The notes beneath the pieces are model-generated. The model was not told the origin of the DNA, did no database searches, and saw nothing but the letters and a program-made list of their open reading frames with translations. The position numbers and the translations under genes are program-made. DNA of 64,000 nt from the NCBI RefSeq assembly GCF_964204645.1, contig NC_134025.1, positions 24,222,299-24,286,298 of the forward strand, in the 5' to 3' direction. Positions 10,961 to 24,943 of the stretch are shown here, in pieces (position 1 is the first letter of the stretch; each line of letters begins with the position of its first letter). Origin of the DNA: Tubulanus polymorphus. Lineage: Eukaryota > Animalia > Nemertea.

Positions 10961-13900
10961 GATCTGATGCCCTGACCCTGATAACTGCGACCTGCATTTG
11001 TTTTCACTTGTTCATCTACAACTACTCAAAAAGGTGCAGATGCAGCTATTTTGTACATTCAATAACTATTTCGTCGTAGTATTTTGTGTTGCGTATGCAT
11101 ATTACAGTTCTCAATGCTGATTCGGCAGATATTTCTTACTCGAGGCGATTCAATAATTGCGAAACTTCGAAGATTTGTTTATCGATCCAAATATATCGAT
11201 CAGAAGTTTTCGAGACTTTCAAACAAAATTGCTTCTGAGCTGTAGGCGATGTTTAAGAATATCATAGATATGCTGAAGTTGCTAGTTATTACGAAGTTCA
11301 GTAATGGGGCAGTGCAAAAGGCTGAGTTGCTTGATTCTGACAGCTTTCAGTATCTGCTGTTTCTAAATCAACCGATGATGAATGAGTCATCTAAACAATT
11401 GCTTTTAGAACAGTATTATTATGATTATAAGTTTGAAAATGAATTTCTAGCATTGCGCAAGAATCTAGGGCTAGTCTTCGAAATACTTGTTAGTAATTTC
11501 GTTTGATGCCTTGGCAAATTTTTGTAGAAGCGTCTTCTCAAATACTTATCTAATGAAGACAGTGTGCAGCGTTGCACGGTTTGATGAGACAGCTTCGCAA
11601 TTATTTAAAATCATTTTTATTCAATTGATATATCCTACGAAATACGCAAACAGAAGGTTTCATTATATACATGCTGCTGAATCAAGTGAAATAACATCAT
11701 ATCGCACAAAAGCTGTTGACCCTGGGGATAGTTAATTCAGAACTACGGAGGAAAACGTGCAACTAGTCTCAATTAGAATGTGCTTGACAACTGTAGTAAT
11801 AGAACAAATATGTGCTCATTCATTTTTCTCCTGCTTTTTTTCCTTATCAAGCTCCCCCCCCCCCCCCCCCCCGTCTTGTTCTTGGTAATTTATCTCGGTC
11901 TGTTGAATTCCTTTCGAAATGCCATCACCATTATAGTATATTATTGCGAATTCAGCGGATTTAAGACGCGAGTGGTTACACTGTTGAGTCCCTCGGAGCT
12001 CATTATTTTCAACGCGGCAGTGAATTGTAGTCGATTGAATGCGCCTCTTGGAAAAAGAATATGTCGCAAATGATTCTACCAGATACCATCATTCACGTGT
12101 CTCACCTGCTAAGTGGCTAATTGAATCGGAAATTTGCCGTGTTCTTGGAGGTCACCAAAAATTCATAACCTCCGCATGGCCCAGATATCTTTTTTCGAGA
12201 ATGTTTCTGGAGATGATGCCATTCAATGCGTTCGACATGTTGGGACATGCCAGAAGCGATGTACTCTGCATGCACCTAAACCGCACGTGTGACGACTTCT
12301 TTTGTCAAACGCTGAGGTGCCTCGATCCTCTTCAATGATCGCAATCCGATGCAGATAATGATGATGGGTTTTCAAACATTTAAAATCTTTTTCTCTGTTT
12401 TCCCGGCGTATTGTTAGCATCGACCAAACAAAAATGCCGGAGAGACAAGATGAATGAGGTGCTTCAGTGCATTAATATTACTGTAAACTTCAATGCATTC
12501 TCTCGTCTGCTTTACTTTTTTTTTGTTGAAAAATCATTGTTTGATCTTTCAAAAAGAATTTTTAACACAGGCCTCGGTTAGTAACAACCGATATCTACCT
12601 CGGGAAGTCCTGATGGATTCTTCTCGAATCCCGTCCTGCTTCAAAAGATCTTGAAAACTATTGAAAATTCTTGACCCAGTGTTCTGATGCCTGAAGCTAC
12701 TTGACACATATTCCAAGATTCGAGTTATGAAATCTCTTTCCATTCAGAATATAACGTTATGTATATAAGCTATGGATAATTTAGGGCCACGAGCTGTGGG
12801 TGATGTCACCCTGTATATAACCACAACATTGTATCGTTACTTTCGATGTTAATAAATTGAATATAGACGCATTAATATCAAAGAGACTACTGTCATGTCG
12901 GTAAGCTGAAAATAGTACCCGGCTGACAATATTTCTTGGAATAGAAGAAATCAGTAATATTGCTGATATCGCTGAATGGTTTATTGGCAAATCGAAAGCT
13001 TCATGACCTCATAAAAAGATGCCTCGAAGGTGTTAAAAATGACGTTTAGTGACGTCGCTATGATGTCACTATGATTAAGAAAAGCTTTTTTTTATACTCG
13101 TGAATTGCTTCATTTACGCATCAGGCTTCCATCAACCTAACAAAAAATGTTGATTCTATCGATCTAACAAAAGGCAGAGTGCATGTTAAAGTTGAACCCG
13201 CATGTTTTGATGTGTTATTTTGCTCCATTACTATTTGTGATATCCTGTTCATCTTTTTTCTAAATTTGCTGGCTCATTGGATAAAATTGTTTATCCGAAT
13301 CTTTTCCTACATTGTAAAAATCATGCCACTCTTTGTTTTGCTTAGTGTGTTTTGATTGCCCCGGATTCTAGCCTCTACCAGCATGTCACCGTTATCATTG
13401 TAAACATCATTTATTTGCCTTCGAGCTCTGACTAAGTCTGCTACATTGTGGTTTGCTCGATATCTTTTCGCAGAGGGATTAGCATATCATAGAGCACGCC
13501 TTTTTGGACGTCGCTGCTCAGAAAATTGTTACTTCTAACTACAGCAAAATGTTCCGAGTGTGCACATTTTCAAATGTTTTGTCTTGAAGTTTTGAGAAGT
13601 TATTTATCGGTGGTATACTTCTAGTTTTTTGTTGATCTTCATAACCAGCATCTGACGATATGTCACAATATCGGATGTCAAGCAAATTCCAGCACATAAT
13701 AAATGAACCCTCTTCGCTGTTGGTTGTGTAGGCTAATTGTCTCATATGTCGTTTGATGGTGACTCACTCAACAAAACGAACGCTTAGTTTCAATGTGAAC
13801 CCTGGCCAGCCGAAACTTAATGAAAACGGCTTTTATTGAGAGTATAATTGGCAAAAATTGTGATTCACATATTTTGGCTGTGGTTCAACAACTGAATGTG

Positions 13901-16106
13901 GATTGCGAAACTCACGCAGACGAGTGCTTCAAATCGTATAGCGCTAAACAGTAAACGGTGCATAGATTGATTCTCGCCGAGATGAGTATTAGCAATTGAT
14001 AAATGGAAAAAAACCACTCGTAAATTGTTGATAAAAATAGAGAGATTTCAGAAATTGCTTTGTTACTCTAAAACATAACAGATTTGATAAAAAGTCTATC
14101 ACTCGGAAAAAAGAGCATCCGTGACCAATAGGAAATATATTACAGAGATTCAGTATATTATATATCTAGAAGTCCATCTGTAATCATGTCAATGGAACAC
14201 TGCAGGTGAAATCAGCCAAAATGCCGTATCCAAATTAATGACTGGCTATAAATTCTCGCCCTGTTCGCGCATAAAGCTGTAGTTTGCCATGACACGAGTC
14301 TGGATGAGACGCGAACCCGTTATCGACGGAGCACGAGAGAGAGAGATCCGCGTTCCGTACTACGGCTGCATATTAAGTAACGTCATTACGTCTGATGGAG
14401 TCTTGCGTAGTACAATTCTCCGGCGACTAATAGAAAATACGCCGTCTATCACCCGTGGGCTTTAGAAACGTTAGCGCTAACGCAATCAAAGCGTCGAAAA
14501 AAATTACCGATATGTAACTCGAATTATTGCCGTTCTATCCAGCTCCGAGTCTATTGAGACCGTGGAGTCTACCTGAGTTCGGTTTCGGCGTAGTTCATTA
14601 ATTTCTTCGAGTTTAATGAACTCTCTTTGTCAATGCAATGAAAACAGTTGTTCGAGATTTAGAGCAGTAAAACCTAACCCGTTCGCACGAATGATTATGA
14701 CTTGGTTTCATTCGCATTTTGTTACGCGTATTTTCGACATGTTCTGGCGAGGCATTCTTACCGCACGACACGCCGTGTGACAGGTTTTTGAGTGGGTGTT
14801 TTTTCCATGTAATCGGGTGAAATCGGTGCAACAGATGACATACGTCTGCACGGGATGGCATTCCGCTTTTATCCCCGTGAAGTCCGTGTCCGATGGTGTA
14901 ATAATTATTCATATGGTTGCATGTAAATATACATTTAACACTACTTAACCTGCGAGTGCAGGAAAGACAATACATAGACACCTGTCTCAACATAAAAACT
15001 ACTCTTTCCCCTCCAAGTTGACATCGTGATAGTTGCAGACTCTGTGTTTAACCGGTATGATTAAATTTTGAAGCATCACAATGGTTCTTATCTGCTATCA
15101 TTTTCATACGGTGTTATTTGAGTGCAAGACAGGTGTGTCAGTACTATAATACCGCTTTACCTCTAAAATCAGACTAAATTGCTGAAATATAAGTATTAGT
15201 ATTAGTGTTCTGCACCAGTTCACACGTAGTCTCAGCAAGTGGCAGTTGAAAAATCCAGTCAAGAACTCAACAGCATCTCTGTAGGACACTTTGAACTGGA
15301 TGTCGTTGTATAGAATGGAATGAATGATATCATAAAATCATCAACGGATTCGTACTCGATGAACCGATGACCAGAGTTAGTAATAAATATGCTTTGTATC
15401 AGATTTCATAACTCCGTCTGGTTGGTATAACCACCTTTCGATGTTCAGAATATACTCCATTTGACGTGACTAGTAGACTGGTATTAATCTCGATATTTCA
15501 GAGTTAATAAGCAATACCCACAGTTGATGATTAAGTAATTTATATTCTGACAGTTTCTCAAAGTTTTGACTAAACATCATCAGAAAAATGAAAAAAGAAA
15601 TGCAATTTCAATTGTCACTATTATGTGGCATTAATCTACTGGGTAGCTCTAACCAACTTTTGGGCAACTGACCAAAAGGAGTCTGTTCTGTAATCGAGCC
15701 TGGAGCCCAACTCATGGCCTAGTGTGTATCTGGTCACCAAGCAGATCTGTACCTCTTGTTCACGTCTACACCTAGCCCATCTAGATATCGATATCTGGCT
15801 CTCTGTTCTGTCCTAGTTAAATCTTGCTAAGCACACAAAAGAAATAATCTCATCATAATATAACTCGAATATGATTGATTGCAGGTCTGCGAAAGCCATT
15901 TTCTTGTCATATTTCATTCTGCGGGATATTATATGTTCCCATTGGCTATCTTTAATCATTTGTGTCCTGCAAATTTCTTCCCTTGCCGGTAGTGCTGCGA
16001 ATTTCCTGTTGTCATGCAACACACCGGAATACAAATCAATTAATCATGAATATCATAACACAATGCAGGTTAGGCTTTAGTTACTCTTGCATCATAGCTA
16101 CCACCA

Positions 16107-16165
16107 GTGCTGCTGCTGATGCTGCTGCTGCTGATGCTGCCGCCGATGCTGCTACTAATGCTGCA
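16107..16165. repeat. Imperfect (GCT)n trinucleotide repeat
   Basis: gctgctgctgatgctgctgctgctgatgctgccgccgatgctgct... Confidence 0.85.
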
Positions 16166-16552
16166 TTGGCGGGTGTTTGACCTTGACCTTGTTGTTTATG
16201 AAAAATTGCCCGCTTCTCCTGTCAGGTTTTGCGCCTTAATGAATATGGCAACAGGTAATTTATGGCAATCATGTCTGATTAAAACTGATTCGTTCCATCA
16301 AGAAAAAGCTTAATATAGATGTTGTGTGTTGACGTAACGCGACAGTTTTTCTTCGTCGTGTTGTCGACTTGAAAAATCCATAAATTTGATTACAATCATT
16401 TCTTAATTCGTAATGAATTCTGAATTTGTTCCGATGAATGAAGAGTATGTTTTCTGGAGAAATCTCTCAGAACGAATTAAATGTGAGTCCCGCCAATCGC
16501 GAAGCTGAAAAGTTTGAATATCAAGACGTTGAAATTTATTTATAAAACCCTG

Positions 16553-16663
16553 TGGCCAGTTTGCGAGACTGGTATTATCTTTAACCCGGGGGCTAGCTCA
16601 ATTGAAATTGAATTTAGTTAGCCCGGATGGATTAAAGATAAAACCAGTCCATAAAACAGGCCC
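16553..16663. mobile_element. Foldback MITE with CTG TSD (PIF/Harbinger-like)
   Basis: Imperfect ~32-bp TIRs (...gactggtattatctttaa / ttaaagataaaaccagtc...). ctg on both flanks (16550-16552, 16664-16666). Confidence 0.7.
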
Positions 16664-17329
16664 CTGAATTTTTGGTTTTCCACTAAAAACCATTATCAAG
16701 GAATAATGACTAATAACTATTTCTTCATTCGCGACTCATTGCGAAGTTTTACCTCCTCTTAAAACGAATGTTTATTATTTTTGGAATACATACATGGGAA
16801 TTTATTCCGTATGAATAATATTTTCCCACCGATGCTGTTTCTGTTCTATTCGAAAAGATAGAGATTTTCCCACTACAATTTTCCATGAAGATTATTATTA
16901 CATTGATAATACAGCGCGTGTTAAAAATGTTTGCCGACAAGATCGCGGAGTTCTGTGGTCATTAATAAGTGTTTTATTGATGAAAAAAGGAATAATGGCG
17001 CTTTTAAATCTAACTACACCTGTTTATTTCAACAATGCGAAGAATCTGCGGCGCTAAATCACGAAATCCGATTGAGCATCTTTACCTAACCTGCTAACCT
17101 CGTCGATGATGAGATCAGATCTGTAAATATATTCAGCTTCAGCGTGGGAAACTCTTCCGCTCTTCAACGGAGGAGTAAATCGCTTTTATCCTCTGCTGCT
17201 TGTGTCAGGTTAGAGTGAAGGTAGGCTAATCGGGTGAAGAGTTACTTCTCCATCGAGCGTGCCACCTGCAATGATCGCGATAATTGATTCAATCCAGTCG
17301 AAGAAATTTATTGAAATATCATACATAAT

Positions 17330-17674
17330 CACACGATCACACGGGAATTTTTGGCATGGGCTAAATTTAGCTGGTACCAAATTTTGGCTTGGAAAAACTA
17401 TCCGCACGGGTGCCAAATGGGCCTTTGCCTGTTTGATCCGGGCCAAATTTAGCCCAACCAAAAATGTCAGACTAGGGCCGAGCCAGATTTTAGCACTGGT
17501 CAAATCATTGCGTGTGAATTGCTACAGGTTCCAGAAGTGACTCACTTCAGTTTGTTTAAGCATTGTTTGGTTTAGGTTGGTACGCGATCTCTAATTAGGC
17601 TTAGGCCAAATTTAACTCGGGTCTGATCCGTGCCAATTTGATCCGGGTTGAATTGTCTCCCTGTGATTGCGGCT
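17330..17674 (-). mobile_element. Family B copy 2 (inverted relative to copy 1)
   Basis: Reverse-complement match to 4918-5246 over most of its length; ends gtgattgcggct. Confidence 0.8.
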
Positions 17675-18210
17675 GTAATGTGGGTCTATTGAAGTGCTGA
17701 AACAAAACCGACACGCTTTTATGGAACTGAACCGAACATATTTCAGACAACCAAACATATCCCAGAATTCCTCGTACAGCGGCGATGTCTTTGGATGTCG
17801 CGGATGAAGCAGTTTATAGAATCGGATTATGTCTCATCGGTTTTTGTCAAAGCAGCATCAGCAGCAGCAGTAGTAGTCGTGGTAGTAGATGTCGTAGTAG
17901 AATCTAAAATCTGACTCACAAACAATCGTTGTATCTCCGATAGAGTTTGTAATTCCCTGAAGGTTATGATGCAACGTAACCTCGTTTAGAAAACACGTTT
18001 GCCATTGTCGATATTTGTCGTTAATTGGCGCGGCATATTCTTCAGCGGCTGGGTCACGAAAAGGACATAAGCATATTCATATTTCTGACCCAAAAAATTT
18101 ATAATTCTCTGAAAAAAAATGTGGGAATTTACTGACAAATATTTTGATTTCCTTTTTGCTTACTGCTTAATGTAAATGGATGGCCATTAATTTTCTTCTG
18201 ACAATAGAAG

Positions 18211-18318
<108 letters not shown>

Positions 18319-19884
18319 TTTATTACTGGTTATTGCTAGCTCTTTGATACATCCTGTTATCCATAATGTTGCGTATCATTCATGGAATTCCTGAAATTTT
18401 TTCAACTGTCAATAATTCAATCGCGAACAATTTACGAGAAATGAAAATTAATGTGTCGCGCATCATGATGGCGCATAAATCATTGCTGATGTCAGAACTG
18501 TTACGTCCTTTGATTGAAGAGGTCATCCTGACTATGTGAAGGGTAAAATAGCTGTCACATAGTGTGACTATATATGTCAATACTGCAGTATGATGAGCTC
18601 ATAAGCTGTCGTATTATAGTAGCTGAAGCTTTGCTCAAAAATGAAATACGATAACATAGGGCTAAATCCCTAACGATGCTTTTTATATTAGACGATATAT
18701 TAACTACTTTTTTATATTTGAATCTTAACCGAGGTGACTTATAGTTTTTTTGTCAACAACGAATTCGCAAATGACAGGAAAATCTCCAGCTCAAACATTA
18801 CATTGTCCTGAAACTTGCTCAGGTTTCAAAGTCTGTCGTTCATTGGAGATTGAATTCTGGCAATATTGGTGAGCTGTATTCCAGAATCTTACAGTTATTA
18901 CAAAATTGTTCCAGGTTTTGTATTTTTTGGAACATTGACCTACGATACCATTTCTCGTCAGTCAGATCTGCCAATTCAATTCAACAATGATGTTTTGGTA
19001 CATAGTACGAGAAATACTCATGCTGCTTTCAATAATCGATGAAAGCGGGCTGAATTATCAATGACTGGGGCTGTCCTGATGGGAATTTCTTTTTTGTTTA
19101 CATTAGAATGTAATTAACTACAAGCCACGAGAGTTCTTATTTTGCCACACCCAAAATTCTCAGAAACAATTTTTTCACTCAAATCTTATGTAATGATTTC
19201 TAACTATTAAGTCTAATCCTTAGTCTGCATCATGAAATCATCTCACTGTAGTTTCTGAGTAGTGCTTTGTTGATCTTGCAAATCTGTGTACTTTGATTCA
19301 GTACTTACGCCAAACAGATTACGTTACGAGAGTTTTCTCTATGGAAGTTCTCAAAGAAGAATGGTTACTCTGGACAAGCAGCACCACATAGTGGTACAAT
19401 ACCGTAGGAAAACTTGCTTCAGATTTGCATTTTAGTACTTTACATCAGCAGATGCTGTGGATGTTTGACCACAAATCATGATATTTTGATATTCAGAATA
19501 GAAGTTAAGCAGTGGGGATATGTTTTTTTTTGTCCTGTCACGCAAGTGTTCATAGATTTTAAAGATGTCCAGCTTAAACATAGTCACAAAGATCGCTTTA
19601 TACATCGACATTAAAGGATCTTATCAAAAATCTATTTCGAAAGAATTTTCGCTAATGGTACTCTTGTCATGTTCATCTCTGGCTACTTGTAATTGATCAA
19701 ATCGATACGTTGTATGCAATATGATCACCAGGAACATGGTTTTTTTATTCAAACGATACAGAAAAATCTATTATTGCACAAACATTTACTTGATATGAGG
19801 AATTCTTATGCCTAATACGGAAATTGATCTTCCCCGCCTAGAAGAATAGAGAATACCTATTCAAGATATTGGAAAGGTCACCAG

Positions 19885-20022
19885 GGGCCAGTTGCACAGT
19901 CGTGACTTAAGTCAAAAAGTGGTCTTAAATCTTAAGACCAGTCTTAAGTTGTTAGATTGGCTATAGAACTAAGTTGGTCTTAAACTGGTCTTAAGTCTAA
20001 GCCATGACTATGCAACCGGCCC
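19885..20022 (+). mobile_element. Family A MITE with CAG TSD (PIF/Harbinger-like)
   Basis: TIRs gggccagttgcacagtcgtg / catgactatgcaaccggccc (17/20). cag on both flanks. Internal gtcttaa repeats. Confidence 0.85.
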
Positions 20023-20849
20023 CAGATGTTTAACTCCTCTGTAACGATCACTCGAATTGTGGAAATATCTACCGAATTATCCGAAGGTATAAATCTTAAT
20101 GCTCATTAGACGCAATCGCACGAGCATTTTTGACCCACGATTTGGTAATTTTCCATTTTGGCCACTACTAGAAATACAGATCAAATGCGATTAAATCCAA
20201 ATTTCGCTGAAAGAAAATCATTATTATAATCGTCCATCTGTTCATCGCAGTTGGATATTGTTCGAACGCGTTTGATTTTCTTCAATGCTACTGATGCTTG
20301 GTAGAAGTCAACTGCTGTGAAGGGTGGGGCTGAAACTGGAACGCATAGCGACGTATAAATCTGACGTTTAATTACGGTACAAGCTTGTCAATGTGTCCTT
20401 CGAAAGTGCAAATTCTACTTGCACCGAGAAAACCATGTCATCGGAAAGCAAAATTACAAAATCACTTGCCCGAATATTTAGTGAACTGTGCTTTTTGATA
20501 TGTGCGAGTTTGTTTTAGTCAACAAGTTTTTATCGATTCGTAGATTGTGGTTAGGATATCAATTAGGAATGTGCGTGATTTGTCAGATTAAATTCGTGTT
20601 TTACATCGTGAAATATGATACTTTCTCATGCTACGAGAAAGAAGTCGTGCATGATATTGACAATTAGTTCGGTCATTTTTTGAGAGACTATCGATTATAA
20701 CTAACTTCGTGAAGAAAAGTTTATTCGAGTGAACATAGTTTTTACGATAAGATGACCTAGCGCTAATGAAAGTCCAAGAATTCGGTGAGATCAGTAGAGA
20801 AAGTCTGGCTTGTTAACGAATTAACTTGGAATTTATACAAAATTATCAA

Positions 20850-21100
20850 TTATTGTCATTGTCATCACACTGGTTCTGCCTCCTCTGTAGCAGTGCATCC
20901 TGGGCAGGCAACCAGTACTACAGCAATTACAAGGTTACCCGGTCTTTTGCTGTCACTCACAAGGAGGTCAGGTAGCATTGGATCTATATCTTCAGTTGAC
21001 CTCGGTGTCGGGATCTTGGAGGTTGGACAGGTTTTTCCCCGGCAGGCTTTGTACTTGGAGCTTCCAATGATAGGGAACCTCATAGCTTTTTAGGCTGGGC
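20850..21100 (-). mobile_element. Possible decayed 3' end of a non-LTR retrotransposon
   Basis: Locally GC-richer block ending on the minus strand in a tgatgacaatgacaataa-like tail. Only vague resemblance to RTE-type C-termini. Confidence 0.2.
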
Positions 21101-23800
21101 TGTTTGATTCCATCCATAGTATGGTCAATTATTGTATGCAAAAGGAAAAGGTGCTGGTTAGAACATGCGTTTAACCAAAAATACATGAAAATTTATGTAT
21201 TTTTGCTGATCGATGCGATTTTATCAGAAAATTAGAGACTTGTATATAATGTGGTAGTTGAATCGTGCATTAATGATGACGATATCAAATGTTTCTTAGC
21301 AAACATGGTAAAAAATGTACGAGCACATCAGGAAATTGAGAGGAAAGTTGAGGGTGACTCATATACAACATTACTATAAAGCCTATCATGTAAGGATTAC
21401 ATCAAAAGCTATCGATTCATGTAAATGGCTGTGACAGAACCAACATCGAAATCCCCCGGGAATCTGTTCAAGGTTATGCTGCAAGGAAGTCCGGTAAAAA
21501 CTCGTGTAATTGCAGACAATGGCGGGAATCTTGTTATTTGTACGGTCTAAGTTTGAGGTAGAGCATGGAACTGATAAAAGTTTATTTGTTTCCTTTTTAA
21601 ATGTATATGAATAGTTGCAGTTTATTTGAACTACGAAAACTAATCCCCATTGCAACACATTCAACAAACAAATTAACAAATCGATTCACATACAGACAGA
21701 CACACATTTTTTCATATCGATTTCCTATATGCACTACTAAAAAACTTCATTTGATGTTCAGATAGTGAAGATGGTATTCGACCTTTCAATGACATACTGT
21801 CTACGACCCCCTAGGACTAGCAGTGTAAAACTAAAAACCTTGAAGTATATTCTTTGAAAGAAGATAATGTACTTTTTACTGTATTCAAACTTAATCAGTT
21901 TAAACCCTCTATATACAAAATCTACAACATATTCAGAAATTTACTCAATCAATTTTTTCTCCCTGTATTCATATATACCTTCGTTTTTAGCTATTCTTGC
22001 ACCCCAGATGATGATCTCTAGTGAGAGTTTTTATTTCAACTTTTGATGGATAAAATTTCTTTTTAAGGCTTAAAAATGATACCTTGTTTCTCCTAATCCA
22101 CTGGGTCACTTTTATAAGCTGCATTAGAATTTGTAATCAGTTCATTTCTGTTATGGTTATCCTGATCACGATAGTAATGCATAGGGAAGATAGATGGCTT
22201 TTAAGCTCAGCAGAATAAAAAAATGAGGTATCAATTTTTTTCAGCCTAATCTTCTGATTTTGTGCATAGTGGGTTTTCAACTGATTATCTAATCTCCCCG
22301 TCAGTCAGTACAGGCTATTCTACTTTCATGTATAACGTATTGAAAAAATATGCTTAATTAGCGATCGAAGGGTTGTGTGGTTATTGATGTTACGATCGCC
22401 TGTTCGGACGAAGCTCGGCTATTTTCTGGTCGTGTTAAGGTGGCTGCTATTAAACGCAATGTCGTAATCGAAGTGACACTCGAATGAAGGAAAATCGGGT
22501 GATGATTGATTACTGCGACGACGGCCGACGCGGTACAGATCTACTCCGTTACACGTCTGTAGCAAATAGTAACGTAGTGTGTATCTCTACCCGTCGAGGA
22601 GCTCTGAAGACATTTACATAATCCGTTGACTTTCTTGACTGGATTATTTTTCTGGTATTGTGATCGACAGGTTGCTGGTTAAAAAGAGCATTAATGAGAG
22701 ATCACGCGATATATCTCGCGCATGTTTCGAATATTCCGTTCGATATTCAGTCTTGGAGAATTCCATGACTTTTGTTTATCTGCATCATTTATTAATGACT
22801 GCTTTTTGGCCCCAAAATGAATAAGAATGTTAGAACTATGGCTTTATCCATAGATACACCCAATCCATATATAGTATTCATTGATTGGGTGCATCTATAG
22901 TTAGAAAGAAGAAATCAGTATCTATGGAGATTATTCGCAAAGTTTCTGCTCATCTTCACGAACTTGAAGTATGCGTCGTTTATGTATTTCTTACTGTGCA
23001 CTTAAGATAGATGTCACTGCAGTCTGTAGATTAGCCCCATTCATGCGATATTAATCCGCGCGGTGGTAGCCCGGGGATTCCGGCATTAACACAATAGCGA
23101 ATACCCCTGAGCTAATCAGGTGTGAGCAGAAGAGTTATCATTGTCGAGTTAATTGAACCTCTTTCCTTTCTTGTCTCCTATGCAAATTCATCTCCACGTG
23201 TCTTCAATATGGAGCTCGCATATGATTAGTATCGATGAGGAGGTGAAGCGACTGATTCAGTTATTCATGACATTATGATAAGTTCCTCGCGATTAATACG
23301 TCTCGAAAGTCACCTAAAGCTCAGATTTTAGATTCTTCTCTAAGCTCGTTATGACTCGGTAGCTGGGGAATTCGTGACTGGACGCTGAACGACACATTTT
23401 CACTAGTGTCAATGGCATGTCGCAATTGCAAATTTCAACATGAGATGCTAAGGTGCTATATTAACAGCGGCAGAACCAGAAATCAGCTGATTTCATTTGG
23501 CCTTCACCTTTATATTGCGTTACAGTTGACCTATATTTATCCTCGGCAAAATGTCTGCCGATCTGGCTTCCATACCGCTGATTTGGTTTACTGTCATGTC
23601 ATCGGGAACTAACGCTTTTATAGGAGGCATGTTTGAATCCATGTTCGGGCAAATTATTAATTGCTGCTATCGTAGGACTGTTGTTGTTTGTTAAGGTGTG
23701 TTGTATTTATTTCAAAATCATCATATAATTTTACAGTAGTTTGTACATCAGCCCTACGATCAAAAAATGCATCACTACTTCATTGATTAATGGACACGAT

Positions 23801-23966
23801 AACCACAATCGCGTGGAGATTATTTGGCCCAGATCAAATTGGCCCAGATCAGGACCTGGTCCAACATTTTTGGGCCAAAGAGGCACGGACCAAACAGGCA
23901 TTAGCCCATTTGGCACCAGTATGAACAACTTTGGTCCGGGCCAAAATTACTCAAGTGATTGTGGCT
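23801..23966 (+). mobile_element. Family B copy 3 (internally deleted)
   Basis: aaccacaatcgcg ... gtgattgtggct ends. Shares caaattggc..gatcagg and acattttt(g)gcca blocks with copy 1. Confidence 0.7.
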
Positions 23967-24887
23967 GACATCAAAATCTATTTCATTTACCATGTATTTA
24001 CTGGCCGATAAAGGTTGGCGCCTTCAGTTCTTTTTTTATATTAAAAAATTCACCTGAAACCAGTCATTTCTTGAGCTATGTGAATCAAAGTTAAATACAG
24101 ACCAGCTCATTTGGGATAACGTATTGATATATACCGATATAATTTACCATCAATGCCAAGTTCTTGAATAGGTGCCATTTCGACCATGCTTTCTGCATTG
24201 TTGCCTGGAAACAAAATTGCGTTCAAGGCATTTGCAGAAAAAAATCAATCTCGGCGACTGCTTAGCATTACAAGTGCGTTGTAGTGTAATGCAACCATCT
24301 GTGACTATGAATACGGTTGTGATGCGCACGTATGAAAATATAAACCACTTTTTATTATGCAAATCATAAGTTTGCTAAGATTCTAGTCTATGCTCTTATG
24401 ATGTTTGAATGGTTATTCCTGATAGCGCTGAAAAACTAGGTATAACTGGTTGTTTCTTTTGGAATAAGTTTTCATCAGAAGTAGATTTATCACGGAAATG
24501 AAATTTTAGATATATTTGGTTTCCATTTTTCCATTTATCTCAAATCACTAATAACCGCTAAATAAGGGTGCTTGTCTTGAAATAGAATGGAAAGGCCACC
24601 TGTCCTCTCTAAATGCATGGATTGCGTACGATAGTGTTTTCAGGTACCATTTGCCTAAGGTACCAGCGTTGTCATTTAACTAGATCAATACACTAATGTC
24701 TCATAGACCCTGGATAAAAATGTATATGAATTAAAAATAGATATCAAGGCTATTTGATCATAGGAAAATCAGTATTTGGTGGTGACTGAAAATTAGAACA
24801 GCTAGAGGTTCGTGCATTGATTCATATAATAGTAGTGTGCAAGTAGTGTATTCTTAAAAAATGATATTTCTATCAACATTTTAGCTG

Positions 24888-24890
<3 letters not shown>

Positions 24891-24940
<50 letters not shown>
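24891..24940. repeat. (AT)n microsatellite
   Basis: Perfect AT run. Confidence 0.98.
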
Positions 24941-24943
<3 letters not shown>

